Shown piece after piece: positions 50,326 to 59,369 of a DNA stretch of 60,648 bases. The DNA is from an uncultured Clostridia bacterium. Its GTDB lineage: Bacteria > Bacillota > Clostridia > TANB77 > CAG-508. Both the position numbers and the translations under genes were made by a program. Each line of letters starts with the position of its first letter. The stretch's first letter is position 1. The notes below the pieces were generated by a model. It was not told where the DNA came from. It did no database searches and saw only the letters and a list, made by a program, of their open reading frames with translations. The stretch lies in assembly GCA_934167165.1 (NCBI GenBank), contig CAKPKG010000004.1:1-60648 (forward strand), written 5' to 3'.

Positions 50326-52647
50326 TTATTGTTGATATTTGTTTTTCATCTTGTTTAATGTGCTATTTACATCACTAGAAAAATTATCTTTGTATTGATT
50401 TCCTCTAGGTGAGTATGTTTGTCTGTTTATTAATGGATAAACCATTCCTGCTAATTCCTTTAATGCCATCACTAAGTTTTTTGTATAACCATTTAGTGAA
50501 ATAGAACAATTTATCATTGAATCTAGGTATTTTATATAATTTGGTACTTCAAATGGTATTTCACAATATGGTACTCTTTCTGGATTAAATAGTTCTTTCA
50601 TTATTGTCATTGATGGATCATTGTAATTAGCTATTCCTCCAATTAATCTTTTTACAGAAACGCTTTTAATTTTTACGCTTTTGTTAATTACTATTTTTAG
50701 CTTTTCTTGTCTTAATACGTTTTTAGATTGTAAATTTCTTAAAAATGCTGTTAGAGGTTGCATTGTTAAAACATCCATGCTTTGCACTAAATAAATTTCT
50801 TGTGCTTTTTCAAAATACTCTACAGGTGTTTCAAAATCACAATCTATTAGTACTGCAGAAAAGTTCTTAACTAAAGTTCCTAATATTGTTTCTGCATCTG
50901 AATAATCGTTGTCTTCTTCTGGAAGGCTTGTAAATATAGATAAATTTTTGTTTACTCTAACACCTTCAGCAACGCCACTTCTTAATTTGTATATACTGTT
51001 TTTTGCTGCTGTCATTAATCTTTGTTCATTATTTGTATATACATAATAAGCATTTTTATTTTTAGACATATCAAGTACTGCTGTTGATATTCCTGTACTT
51101 GCTAGCATTTCTGCTACATTATTTACAACAAATGATGTTCCATTTTTTGTTGTTCCTACAAATGCTACAACTTTTTTGTCTTTTGTAATTAGTGAATTAA
51201 ATTCTGTGTTAGTTGGCTTATATGCTGTTTGAATTAATTCTTCTTGTTTGTTTTCATATATGTCATTTGTATTATTATATGTATTATTGTTATTTGTTTG
51301 TGGCTCTTCTGTTTCAAGATTAAATAAATCTATTGAATCATCTTCATCTTCTTGTTCATCTTCATTTTCATCTAAATTAAATAAATCTATTGGTTCATCA
51401 TTTTCTTCTTCATCATCATCTCCTAAACCGAATAAATCTATTGGCTCTTCTTCTTGTTGATTGTTAACTTGTTTAGGTTCATCATCAAGATTAAATAAAT
51501 CTATTAGTTCATCATCTTCATCGTCATTTTGTTGAACCTCTTTTTGTTTAGGTTCTTCTTGAATAACAGGATTTTTTGGAGGTCTACCTCTTCCTCTCTT
51601 TGGTTTATTAGGATCTACTTCTACAGGTGGTGTTTTTCTTGGTCTACCTCTTCCCCTTTTTGGTGGTTCTTCAATTATATTGTTTGTATCTGCACCTTGC
51701 TCTGTTGTTGGTTCTATAATTGTTTCTTCTAAAGGTTCTTCTATTTCTTCTATTTCATTTACTTTTTGTGGATTTTCTTTTATTAGTCTTTTAACTTCTG
51801 TTTTATTAACGCTATGTGGTATAACAATAGGTTTTGATATTTTTGCTTTTTCGGATTCTGCACTTATTAATTTTTCTTGAATAGCACTTTTAGTTTTTGC
51901 ATTTGGCTTGTATTGTGTTTGTGTTGCAGTGCTTGGTCTTACCGTTTTTGGTTGGAAAGCCATCAATTGTTGATATTTTGGTGATCTTTCTTCCAAAACA
52001 GCTTTTACTCCCATTGGTAAATATCTTATTATTATTTTTAATTGTGTATCATTATATTGAGAAACAATATTGTTAAAACTATCTACGTATTTATCTTCAT
52101 TTTTTCCTAGTCTTCTATAATGTTCTTGTATGTTTTGTATTTCTACCTCGCTAACATTGTTTTCGTTTTCTGGTTGATAGTTTACACTATCTGATTCTAT
52201 TTTATAATATTGTTTTGCTTCTCTTTTATTTCTTGGTTTATTAATTAATCTACAAACTTCATCTATGCTTCTATCTTGGCCAATTATTGCATTATAAATT
52301 CCTAATCCAAATATTTTAACCAACATCTCATCTGATTTTGCTCTTCTATCTGTACAGATTAATATTATGTCTGTATTGTCGCCTTCTTCGTCTGTTGCTT
52401 CATCACTTATATTGTCTAATTTTTCAAATAGAAATTTGTCTATCGAATCATAATTGTTGTTAGCAAATGGCTCTAAGTCCTCGCTTATAACAACTCTATC
52501 ATACCCTTTATCTTTTTGTAACTCTTTTAGAATTGCATTAAAGTAATATACATTTTTATATGACAAAATTTCCTTATATTCTTTTTGATATTTTTTAATT
52601 ATTGCTTCTGAAATGTCGTCATTATTTACTGCAAATAAAACCTTCAT
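50326..52647 (-). CDS. large multidomain protein: pseudo-receiver N-terminus, two AT-hooks, four acidic IDLF(N/G)L repeats, ParA/MinD-like C-terminus with a deviant Walker A
   Basis: PKRGRGRPRKTPP and PKRGRGRPPKNP. ELIDLFNL, EPIDLFGL, EPIDLFNL and DSIDLFNL. VAFVGTTKNGTSFV. ATG at 52647 follows GGAGG. Confidence 0.55.
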   Translation of the reverse strand: MKVLFAVNNDDISEAIIKKYQKEYKEILSYKNVYYFNAILKELQKDKGYDRVVISEDLEPFANNNYDSIDKFLFEKLDNISDEATDEEGDNTDIILICTDRRAKSDEMLVKIFGLGIYNAIIGQDRSIDEVCRLINKPRNKREAKQYYKIESDSVNYQPENENNVSEVEIQNIQEHYRRLGKNEDKYVDSFNNIVSQYNDTQLKIIIRYLPMGVKAVLEERSPKYQQLMAFQPKTVRPSTATQTQYKPNAKTKSAIQEKLISAESEKAKISKPIVIPHSVNKTEVKRLIKENPQKVNEIEEIEEPLEETIIEPTTEQGADTNNIIEEPPKRGRGRPRKTPPVEVDPNKPKRGRGRPPKNPVIQEEPKQKEVQQNDDEDDELIDLFNLDDEPKQVNNQQEEEPIDLFGLGDDDEEENDEPIDLFNLDENEDEQEDEDDSIDLFNLETEEPQTNNNNTYNNTNDIYENKQEELIQTAYKPTNTEFNSLITKDKKVVAFVGTTKNGTSFVVNNVAEMLASTGISTAVLDMSKNKNAYYVYTNNEQRLMTAAKNSIYKLRSGVAEGVRVNKNLSIFTSLPEEDNDYSDAETILGTLVKNFSAVLIDCDFETPVEYFEKAQEIYLVQSMDVLTMQPLTAFLRNLQSKNVLRQEKLKIVINKSVKIKSVSVKRLIGGIANYNDPSMTIMKELFNPERVPYCEIPFEVPNYIKYLDSMINCSISLNGYTKNLVMALKELAGMVYPLINRQTYSPRGNQYKDNFSSDVNSTLNKMKNKYQQ

Positions 52648-52696
52648 GCTTTTAACCTCCAACTTTATCTTTATTTGTATGTTCTGTTTTTATTTA

Positions 52697-53095
52697 TTAG
52701 CGCCAGCCTCTTACTACTATTGCAAATATAAGCGGTAATAGTTGGCAGATCACAAGTATAGTAACTGAAGCTATTATTATTCCAAAGCCTCTATGTTTCA
52801 TATCCAATCTTCTTGTTCCTAATATATATTGGTAAAGTGCACCTATTACAACTGCAACAAAGCAGAAAGGTATACTAAATAATCTAACTTTATTTAATAT
52901 ATATGCTGTCATTCCATATTCTTTTGACCCATATTTTCTTGTATATTCATCAATGTCATTATTCACTTCTTGACTTTCTTCTACTATTTGACTTGCAGTA
53001 TTTGTTTCCATCATATTTTTCTCTTCCATTGCAAATACTGTTCCAAATGATAAAAATAGTAATATTATAATAAATGTTGCTACTAATTTTTTCAT
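52697..53095 (-). CDS. small membrane protein (signal peptide + 2 TM)
   Basis: Hydrophobicity pattern only. Confidence 0.45.
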   Translation of the reverse strand: MKKLVATFIIILLFLSFGTVFAMEEKNMMETNTASQIVEESQEVNNDIDEYTRKYGSKEYGMTAYILNKVRLFSIPFCFVAVVIGALYQYILGTRRLDMKHRGFGIIIASVTILVICQLLPLIFAIVVRGWR

Positions 53096-53230
53096 TATAA
53101 TTTGTTCCTCCTAATTTTTCCTTTTTCACTTATAATATCATACAATATTATTAGAAAAATAGCAAGGAATTTATTTAATTTTAAACAAAAAAACATCCCT
53201 TATAAAAGAGATGTTTTTTTATTTATCTTA

Positions 53231-53515
53231 TTATTCTGCTGAATCTTCGCCAGCTTCTTCAGCTTCTGGAGCTTCATAAGCTTCTAAAATAGCTTTTTGA
53301 ATTTTCTCCCTTGTTTCAGCATTGATTGGATGAGCTATATCTTTAAATTCTCCGTTTGGAGTTTTTCTGCTTGGCATAGCTATGAATAATCCATTTTGGC
53401 TTTCGATAACTTTAATGTCATGAATTACAAATTCATTATCGAATGTTACAGAAGCAACAGCTTTCATTCTGTTTTCTGAATTTACTTTTCTTAAACGTAC
53501 GTCTGTTATTTGCAT
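53231..53515 (-). CDS. spoVG: septation/sporulation regulator SpoVG
   Basis: [11 protein letters not shown]...[21 protein letters not shown]. Confidence 0.92.
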   Translation of the reverse strand: MQITDVRLRKVNSENRMKAVASVTFDNEFVIHDIKVIESQNGLFIAMPSRKTPNGEFKDIAHPINAETREKIQKAILEAYEAPEAEEAGEDSAE

Positions 53516-53701
53516 TTATGTGCACCGCCTTCCAATGTTTATATAATTTTGTACATATTTTATATTTTTTCTATGTACAATTTATTTATTCGCCAAAAAT
53601 ATTTTTTTTCCTTCTTTATTTTACAATATTATTTTAATTATTTTATCTTCACATTTTTTTGTTTTTTTCATATTGTAATATGAATTGGATTTTGTTTGGT
53701 T

Positions 53702-53799
53702 GATGTGAGAGGTGTGATGTTGGAGGTGGGATTTATAGGGCCAGGACTTCGTAGGCTTTTCTCTATTTTCACACCTCGCACCTCACACTTCGCACTTCG
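53702..53799. repeat. heptad-arm hairpin repeat (family 1), copy h, orientation A
   Basis: GATGTGAGAGGTGTGATGTTGGAGGTGG, then core GATTTATAGGGCCAGGACTTCGTAGGCTTTTCTCTATT, then TTCACACCTCGCACCTCACACTTCGCACTTCG. Confidence 0.8.
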
Positions 53800-53883
53800 T
53801 AAAATTACAATTTTACGTCAAGTTATTGAATTTTTTTTAATTTACATGTATAATGCTTTATTGTAGAAAGGTGTTGTAGTGAA

Positions 53884-55278
53884 ATGATTAATTATAATAA
53901 CAATATAGATAGTTTAAAAAAATACAAACATATTCATATGATTGGTATTGGTGGCATTAGCATGAGTGGTATTGCCGAGATTTTACATAATTTTGGTATA
54001 TTTGTTACTGGTTCTGATGTTTCCAGAACTAAAATAACTGATAGATTATCTAGCCGTGGAATTTTTATAACAATTGGCCATGATACAAATTTAGTTTCTA
54101 AAGCAGATTTAGTTGTTTATTCTGCTGCTGTAAAGCAAGATGATCCTGAACTTGTAGAAGCTAGAAAAAATAATATTGAAATCGTAGAAAGATGTGAATT
54201 TGTTGGTTATTTAACAAGAATATATAAAGATACTATTGGTATTTCTGGAACTCACGGAAAAACCACAACTACTTCTATGGTTTCTTTATGCTTTTTAGAG
54301 GCTGGACTTGATCCTACCATTCAAGTTGGCGCAATTTTAAAACAAATTAATGGAAATAATAGAGTTGGTAATAGTGATTACTTTATTTTAGAGGCTTGTG
54401 AATATGTAGAGAGCTTTTTAAAGTTTAGTCCTAAATCTGCTATTGTACTAAATATTGACAATGACCATTTAGATTATTTTAAAAATCTTGATAATATAAT
54501 TAATGCTTTTAGAAAATATGTTGCAATTCTTCCATTTGATGGGCTTCTTGTTGCAAATGCAGATGATAAGAATTGTTTTGATTTAAGGAATTATACAGAT
54601 GCTAAATTTGTTACATATGGTATAAAAAATGAAAAAGCAAATTTTGTTGCAAGAAATATTTCTTTTGACAAAAATGGTTTTGCAAAATTTGATGTATACT
54701 ATAATAATAGTTTTTATTCAGAGATCAGATTATCTGTTCCTGGTATGCATAATGTTTCAAATGCCCTTGCTTGTATTGCTCTTTGCACACAATATGGAAT
54801 TTCAAAACACACTATAAAGTCAGCATTATTGAGTTTTACTGGTGCAAATAGAAGATTTGAACTTGTTGGTTCTTATGAAAATATTAGTGTTTTTGATGAT
54901 TATGCTCATCACCCAAGTGAAATTTTAGCAACAGCAAATGCGTTAAAAAACAAAACTTATCGCCAATCATGGATAATCTTTCAACCACACACTTATAGCA
55001 GGACCAAAAATCTTTTAGATGATTTTGCACAAGTTTTAACTAATTTTGATAATATAATAATTACAGATATATATGCAGCTAGAGAAACTAACGATTATAA
55101 TATTTCTTCTCAAGATTTAGTTAATAAAATCAAAGAATTAGGCAAAAACGCAACTTACATTTCTGGTTTTGATGATATTGTTACATATGTTAAAGAACGC
55201 GCATGTCCTAATGATATTATTTTAACAGTTGGCGCTGGAACTATTACAAATATCGGTAAAAAAATCTTATTAAAATAG
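53884..55278 (+). CDS. murC: UDP-N-acetylmuramate--L-alanine ligase
   Basis: HMIGIGGISMSGIAEIL and GTHGKTTTTSM motifs. Confidence 0.92.
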   Translation: MINYNNNIDSLKKYKHIHMIGIGGISMSGIAEILHNFGIFVTGSDVSRTKITDRLSSRGIFITIGHDTNLVSKADLVVYSAAVKQDDPELVEARKNNIEIVERCEFVGYLTRIYKDTIGISGTHGKTTTTSMVSLCFLEAGLDPTIQVGAILKQINGNNRVGNSDYFILEACEYVESFLKFSPKSAIVLNIDNDHLDYFKNLDNIINAFRKYVAILPFDGLLVANADDKNCFDLRNYTDAKFVTYGIKNEKANFVARNISFDKNGFAKFDVYYNNSFYSEIRLSVPGMHNVSNALACIALCTQYGISKHTIKSALLSFTGANRRFELVGSYENISVFDDYAHHPSEILATANALKNKTYRQSWIIFQPHTYSRTKNLLDDFAQVLTNFDNIIITDIYAARETNDYNISSQDLVNKIKELGKNATYISGFDDIVTYVKERACPNDIILTVGAGTITNIGKKILLK

Positions 55279-55319
55279 ACAAGAAAAAAAGCTCGAAAAA
55301 ATTCGAGCCTTTTTCTTGT
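55279..55319. terminator. bidirectional terminator between murC and uppP
   Basis: ACAAGAAAAAAAGCTCG-loop-CGAGCCTTTTTCTTGT. Confidence 0.7.
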
Positions 55320-56135
55320 TTATTTTATCCTTATTATCCATATAGCAATTACTGCTAATCCTATTATTATTCTATAGATTGCAAATACTTTAAAGCTTCC
55401 TTTTTTTAAATATTCTAACAAGAATTTTATTACTAGTATTCCCACTATAAAACTAAATAAAACTCCTAATACAAAAGCTATTATACCTGTTAAATTTGCT
55501 ATTTTAAAATATTCAATAAAATCTCCAAGTTTAAATACTGTTGCAGCTAATACTATTGGTGCAGATAGCATAAATGAATACTTTGCTGTTGCCTCTCTTT
55601 TTACTCCCATTGCTCTTCCTGCAGTCATTGTTACTCCAGAACGAGATACTCCTGGTATAAAAGCTAAACACTGTGATAGTCCTATTAAAAATGTTTGTTT
55701 TAAACTCATATCTTTATATTCTGTTTCTGATTTGCAATTTTTGTCTACTAAATATAAAATAATACCCATTATTATTAATGCTATTGCTATAATTATTGGT
55801 TTTGCTAAATAGTCTTGTAAATAATGATCTAGAATAAATCCAATTATTCCACCTGGTAGTGTTGCTAAAACTATATACCAAAACATTTTACCTTCTTGTG
55901 TTTTTTCTTTTTTTACTACTTGGTTAAAACCACCTTTTATAAGGTTTACCCAATCTTTAAAGAAAAATATTCCTATAGCTAAAAGTGTCCCAAAATGTAA
56001 AGCTACATCAAATGAATCTGGTATCTTCCAATAAAAAATCCATGGAATTAAATTTAAATGTGCAGAGCTAGAAATTGGTAAAAGCTCTGTTAATCCTTGC
56101 ACTATTCCTAATATAATTGATTGTAATATTGTCAT
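55320..56135 (-). CDS. uppP: undecaprenyl-diphosphate phosphatase
   Basis: GIVQGLTELLPISSSAHL motif. 8 TM segments. Confidence 0.9.
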   Translation of the reverse strand: MTILQSIILGIVQGLTELLPISSSAHLNLIPWIFYWKIPDSFDVALHFGTLLAIGIFFFKDWVNLIKGGFNQVVKKEKTQEGKMFWYIVLATLPGGIIGFILDHYLQDYLAKPIIIAIALIIMGIILYLVDKNCKSETEYKDMSLKQTFLIGLSQCLAFIPGVSRSGVTMTAGRAMGVKREATAKYSFMLSAPIVLAATVFKLGDFIEYFKIANLTGIIAFVLGVLFSFIVGILVIKFLLEYLKKGSFKVFAIYRIIIGLAVIAIWIIRIK

Positions 56136-56199
56136 TTTAATCCTTCTTTCGTTTTTTGTATATTTAATAATATTTACAAACCATATTTTTATTCTATTT

Positions 56200-57330
56200 T
56201 TATTTATTGTTTAAATATTTTGTTAAATTATATGTGTCATCTAAATAATCTGAAATTTCTTTTTCCTTATCGCTTTCTTTTATTTCTTGGTAATTCTCCT
56301 CTTCTGGTTTAATTATCATTTGTTTTATTGGTAAAAATATTGGTTCTTCTATAGCTGTTTTATAGTATTTGTAATCTAGCTGTATAGCAGAATTTATATT
56401 TGTAGCAGCTTTTGGTTTATTATTTTTTATCATATAAATTTTTGCAAGTTGATAATATGATTTACTTTCGGTTTCACCATATATACTCTCTAAAAAATAT
56501 TTTTCTGCTGATTCAATATCTCTATACAAAAGTGATATTTGTCCTAATCTATAAAAGGCATTATAGTAATTAGAATCTTCTTCTACAGTTTTTTTAAAGC
56601 ATTCTTTCGCAAGTGAAAATTCATTCATTCTGCTATATGCAATTCCTAAATCATAATACATTTGCGCATCATTCGGATCATATTTTATTGCCTGCACATA
56701 TATAGTTATTGCTTGTTTATACTTTTTCTCTTCAAGTAACAACTCTGCAAGCATTTTATTTGCTTCTACTAATTCTGGTTTTCTTTTTACTAGTATTTTT
56801 AACATTTGAATTGCTTCATCTTTTTTTCCTAAATCTTTAAGTAATGTAGATATTTTAAAATATGTAACATAATCATTTGGCTTTAAATCTAATACTTTTA
56901 CATATTCATCTATTGCTTTTCTCATTCCACCTTCTTTTTCATATATCTCTCCAAGCATTTTATGTGCATTATAACTTTTATCATATTTGCTAACTACATT
57001 TATTAATATATCTTTTGCTTTTTTATCATTATTTAAAAGTCTGTATACTTTTGCTAAAGATACCTGTAACCATTCACTACAATTTATGTCTTTATTTTCT
57101 AGGAAAAACACCGCTACAGGAATAATTATTGAGAATACATACATTATAACTATTGCAAATGCATTATTCAAAATGTTAAATAATATTCTAATTAAATTTA
57201 TTAATATTCCAATAGCCTGGCATATTAGTATTGCTAAATATGTTGTGTCATTTTTTTTCATCATTTTAAATAAAAATATATATGCAAAAAGTAAAAATGA
57301 AATTAAACTAAATATTATTTTTTCAACCAT
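56200..57330 (-). CDS. membrane-anchored TPR-repeat protein
   Basis: Three N-terminal TM segments, then repeated TPR-like 34-mers (AxxxYxxAL...P). Confidence 0.6.
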   Translation of the reverse strand: MVEKIIFSLISFLLFAYIFLFKMMKKNDTTYLAILICQAIGILINLIRILFNILNNAFAIVIMYVFSIIIPVAVFFLENKDINCSEWLQVSLAKVYRLLNNDKKAKDILINVVSKYDKSYNAHKMLGEIYEKEGGMRKAIDEYVKVLDLKPNDYVTYFKISTLLKDLGKKDEAIQMLKILVKRKPELVEANKMLAELLLEEKKYKQAITIYVQAIKYDPNDAQMYYDLGIAYSRMNEFSLAKECFKKTVEEDSNYYNAFYRLGQISLLYRDIESAEKYFLESIYGETESKSYYQLAKIYMIKNNKPKAATNINSAIQLDYKYYKTAIEEPIFLPIKQMIIKPEEENYQEIKESDKEKEISDYLDDTYNLTKYLNNK

Positions 57331-57346
57331 TTGTTAATAACTCTCC

Positions 57347-57877
57347 TTAATTTTCGAATTTCATTTTATAATTATTTATTGCTTTTTGAATAACCTTTTC
57401 TGCCTCTTCTCTTCCTAGTACTTCTTCTACAACTGTTTGTTTTTCTTCTAATTGTTTATATACTTCAAAAAAGTGCATTATCTCTGAAGATATATGATTT
57501 GGTAATTCATTTATATCTTTATATACATTTAAAAATGGATCTTTTTTTGCAACTGCTATTATTTTCTCGTCATTCTGTTCTGAATCTATCATAGTGATTA
57601 TACCTATTGGGTAGCATTCTACTAATGTCATTGGATCAATATTTTCTTGGCACAACACCAAAACATCTAATGGATCATTATCATCAGCATATGTTCTTGG
57701 AATAAATCCGTAATTAGCTGGATAATGTGTTGCAGTATATAAAACTCTATCCAATCTTAAAAGTCCTGTTTCTTTATCTAGTTCATATTTATTTTTTCCA
57801 CCTTTTGTTATTTCAATAACTGCCATAAAATCTTTTGGTTTAATTCTATCTGAATCTATATCATGCCATATATTCAT
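57347..57877 (-). CDS. ppa: inorganic pyrophosphatase, family I
   Basis: YPANYGFIPRTYADDNDPLDVLVL motif. Confidence 0.9.
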   Translation of the reverse strand: MNIWHDIDSDRIKPKDFMAVIEITKGGKNKYELDKETGLLRLDRVLYTATHYPANYGFIPRTYADDNDPLDVLVLCQENIDPMTLVECYPIGIITMIDSEQNDEKIIAVAKKDPFLNVYKDINELPNHISSEIMHFFEVYKQLEEKQTVVEEVLGREEAEKVIQKAINNYKMKFEN

Positions 57878-57980
57878 ACTAATTCCCCCTACTTATATTG
57901 TTTTTACCTTATATATTCTAATCCATTTTAATAAAAAAGTCTAGTTTGTACACAAATTTTAATAAATTCTCAATAAACCA

Positions 57981-58009
57981 TTGACAAATTTAAAAAAATT
58001 ATTTACAAT
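57981..58009 (+). promoter_or_regulatory. sigma-A type promoter for the tRNA pair
   Basis: TTGACA (57981-57986), 17 nt spacer, TACAAT (58004-58009). Confidence 0.6.
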
Positions 58010-58028
58010 ATTATTCGTGACCAAAAAC

Positions 58029-58106
58029 GGTGGATGTAGCTCAGTTGGTTAGAGCGCTGGTTTGTGGCACCAGAGGCCGTGGGTTCGAGTCCCATCTTCC
58101 ACCCCA
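58029..58106 (+). tRNA. tRNA-His (anticodon GTG)
   Basis: Manual fold: encoded G-1 opposite C73, acceptor GTGGATG/CTTCCAC (U6-U67 mismatch), D arm GCTC/GAGC, anticodon loop TTGTGGC, T loop TTCGAGT, CCA encoded. Confidence 0.88.
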
Positions 58107-58126
58107 GCCTAAAGAAAACTTAATAT

Positions 58127-58201
58127 TGGGGTGTAGCCAAGCGGTAAGGCACCAGACTTTGACTCTGGCATGCGGCGGTTCGAATCCTCCCACCCCAGCC
58201 A
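58127..58201 (+). tRNA. tRNA-Gln (anticodon TTG)
   Basis: Manual fold: acceptor TGGGGTG/CACCCCA, anticodon stem CCAGA/TCTGG, loop CTTTGAC, T loop TTCGAAT (C51-U63 mismatch), G73, CCA encoded. Close to the E. coli tRNA-Gln architecture. Confidence 0.88.
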
Positions 58202-58229
58202 ATAACAAATCTGTTCGAACTACAGATAC

Positions 58230-58262
58230 AAAAATCAATCAGTAAAATGGTTGATTTTTTTG
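58230..58262 (+). terminator. rho-independent terminator after the tRNA genes
   Basis: AAAAATCAATC-loop-GGTTGATTTTTTT. Confidence 0.65.
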
Positions 58263-58425
58263 TTTGCGAAAAAATCATCCTAAAAGAAATGATATGGATA
58301 TAAAAAATAAATTAAGATTAGCAATATGTATGATCCAAAGTAAACAGAACAAAATAAAGTAGCTTTATATTTGTTTAATAATATATAGAATAAAAATAAG
58401 ATGAAAGTCATGTTGAACTTTCATC

Positions 58426-58971
58426 TTATTTTTGGATTAGCCTTAACTTAAAAATTCCTATCCGCTTTTGATCAATTACGGTAATGTTATTAATGTGACA
58501 ACCTCGTAAAAGTTTTTGGAAGTCTCCAGGAAATCCTTCTTTTCCCATCCAGCGTTTTTTTGATGGAACAAATCTGAGAAAATGAAATTCTTGTTCTGCT
58601 TCAGGCATACCTTCTTCAAAATTTGAATAAAAAGCAACTTTTATTGTATCTTCGGTAGGTGTAAAATCTTCAAAGCATTCTTCGGCATAAATTCCAAGAA
58701 CTCTTAAATCATTTACCCATGCTTCTTTATATTGTTCACGTGTTTCATATTTTGATCCTGAAAACTGTCCGATAGAACCAAAATAGGTAACATTTTCGTT
58801 GATTGTACTTATACAAGTACCAGTGCATGTTAATATTTCTGTTGGTACAGTACAACAAACTGCAAACATATAACAGTTGAAATGCTTTTTAGGAATCCTT
58901 TTAAAAGGTTTTACTTTTCCCCAGTTTTTCCGAATGTTTTCTTGGATTTGTTTAAGCTTTTCAGCTTGCAT
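58426..58971 (-). CDS. orphan hypothetical protein (181 aa); the only ORF here with in-frame CGG read as a plain codon (2 sites)
   Basis: Continuous ORF with a terminator hairpin over its stop. Cys-rich segment CYMFAVCCTVPTEILTCTGTC. Visibly less AT-rich than its neighbours. Adjacent to the tRNA genes. Confidence 0.45.
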   Translation of the reverse strand: MQAEKLKQIQENIRKNWGKVKPFKRIPKKHFNCYMFAVCCTVPTEILTCTGTCISTINENVTYFGSIGQFSGSKYETREQYKEAWVNDLRVLGIYAEECFEDFTPTEDTIKVAFYSNFEEGMPEAEQEFHFLRFVPSKKRWMGKEGFPGDFQKLLRGCHINNITVIDQKRIGIFKLRLIQK

Positions 58972-59369
58972 AAATATTCCCTCCTTACAGTAGTTCAGAG
59001 GTTTGCACCTCTGAAAGTTTTATTTTTCTTCAAAGGTGCAACAATATTGTTACAATATAATTCTACCATAATTAACATAAAAAAATCAAGTATGTTTATT
59101 AAGTATATATACTCTTACATATATTGGTGAATTTTTTGAAAATTTTTATAGATTTATTGTAGTTTCTAAAAAATATGATATACTTTAGTAAATTGATTGA
59201 TATTTGTATCAATCGTTATGAAATGCAAAAAAGTTGTAGATAACTACTTCGATGGAGCCAAAACAAAAAGAGTAGAATTTTTTCTACTCTTTTTGTTTTA
59301 TAACATTTACAAATAACATAAAAGCATTGGTTAAGGTGCACCAATGCTTTTTATATTCATTATTTTTTA

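Noticed and set aside
58030-58245. Track ORFs 58030..58245 (+) and 58041..58238 (-).
   Set aside because: They are translations across the tRNA-His and tRNA-Gln genes.
59218-59316. Small ORF MKCKKVVDNYFDGAKTKRVEFFLLFLFYNIYK (32 aa) between the orphan gene and the sortase.
   Set aside because: It has no SD. Its 3' half is the translation of a terminator hairpin. There is no supporting evidence.
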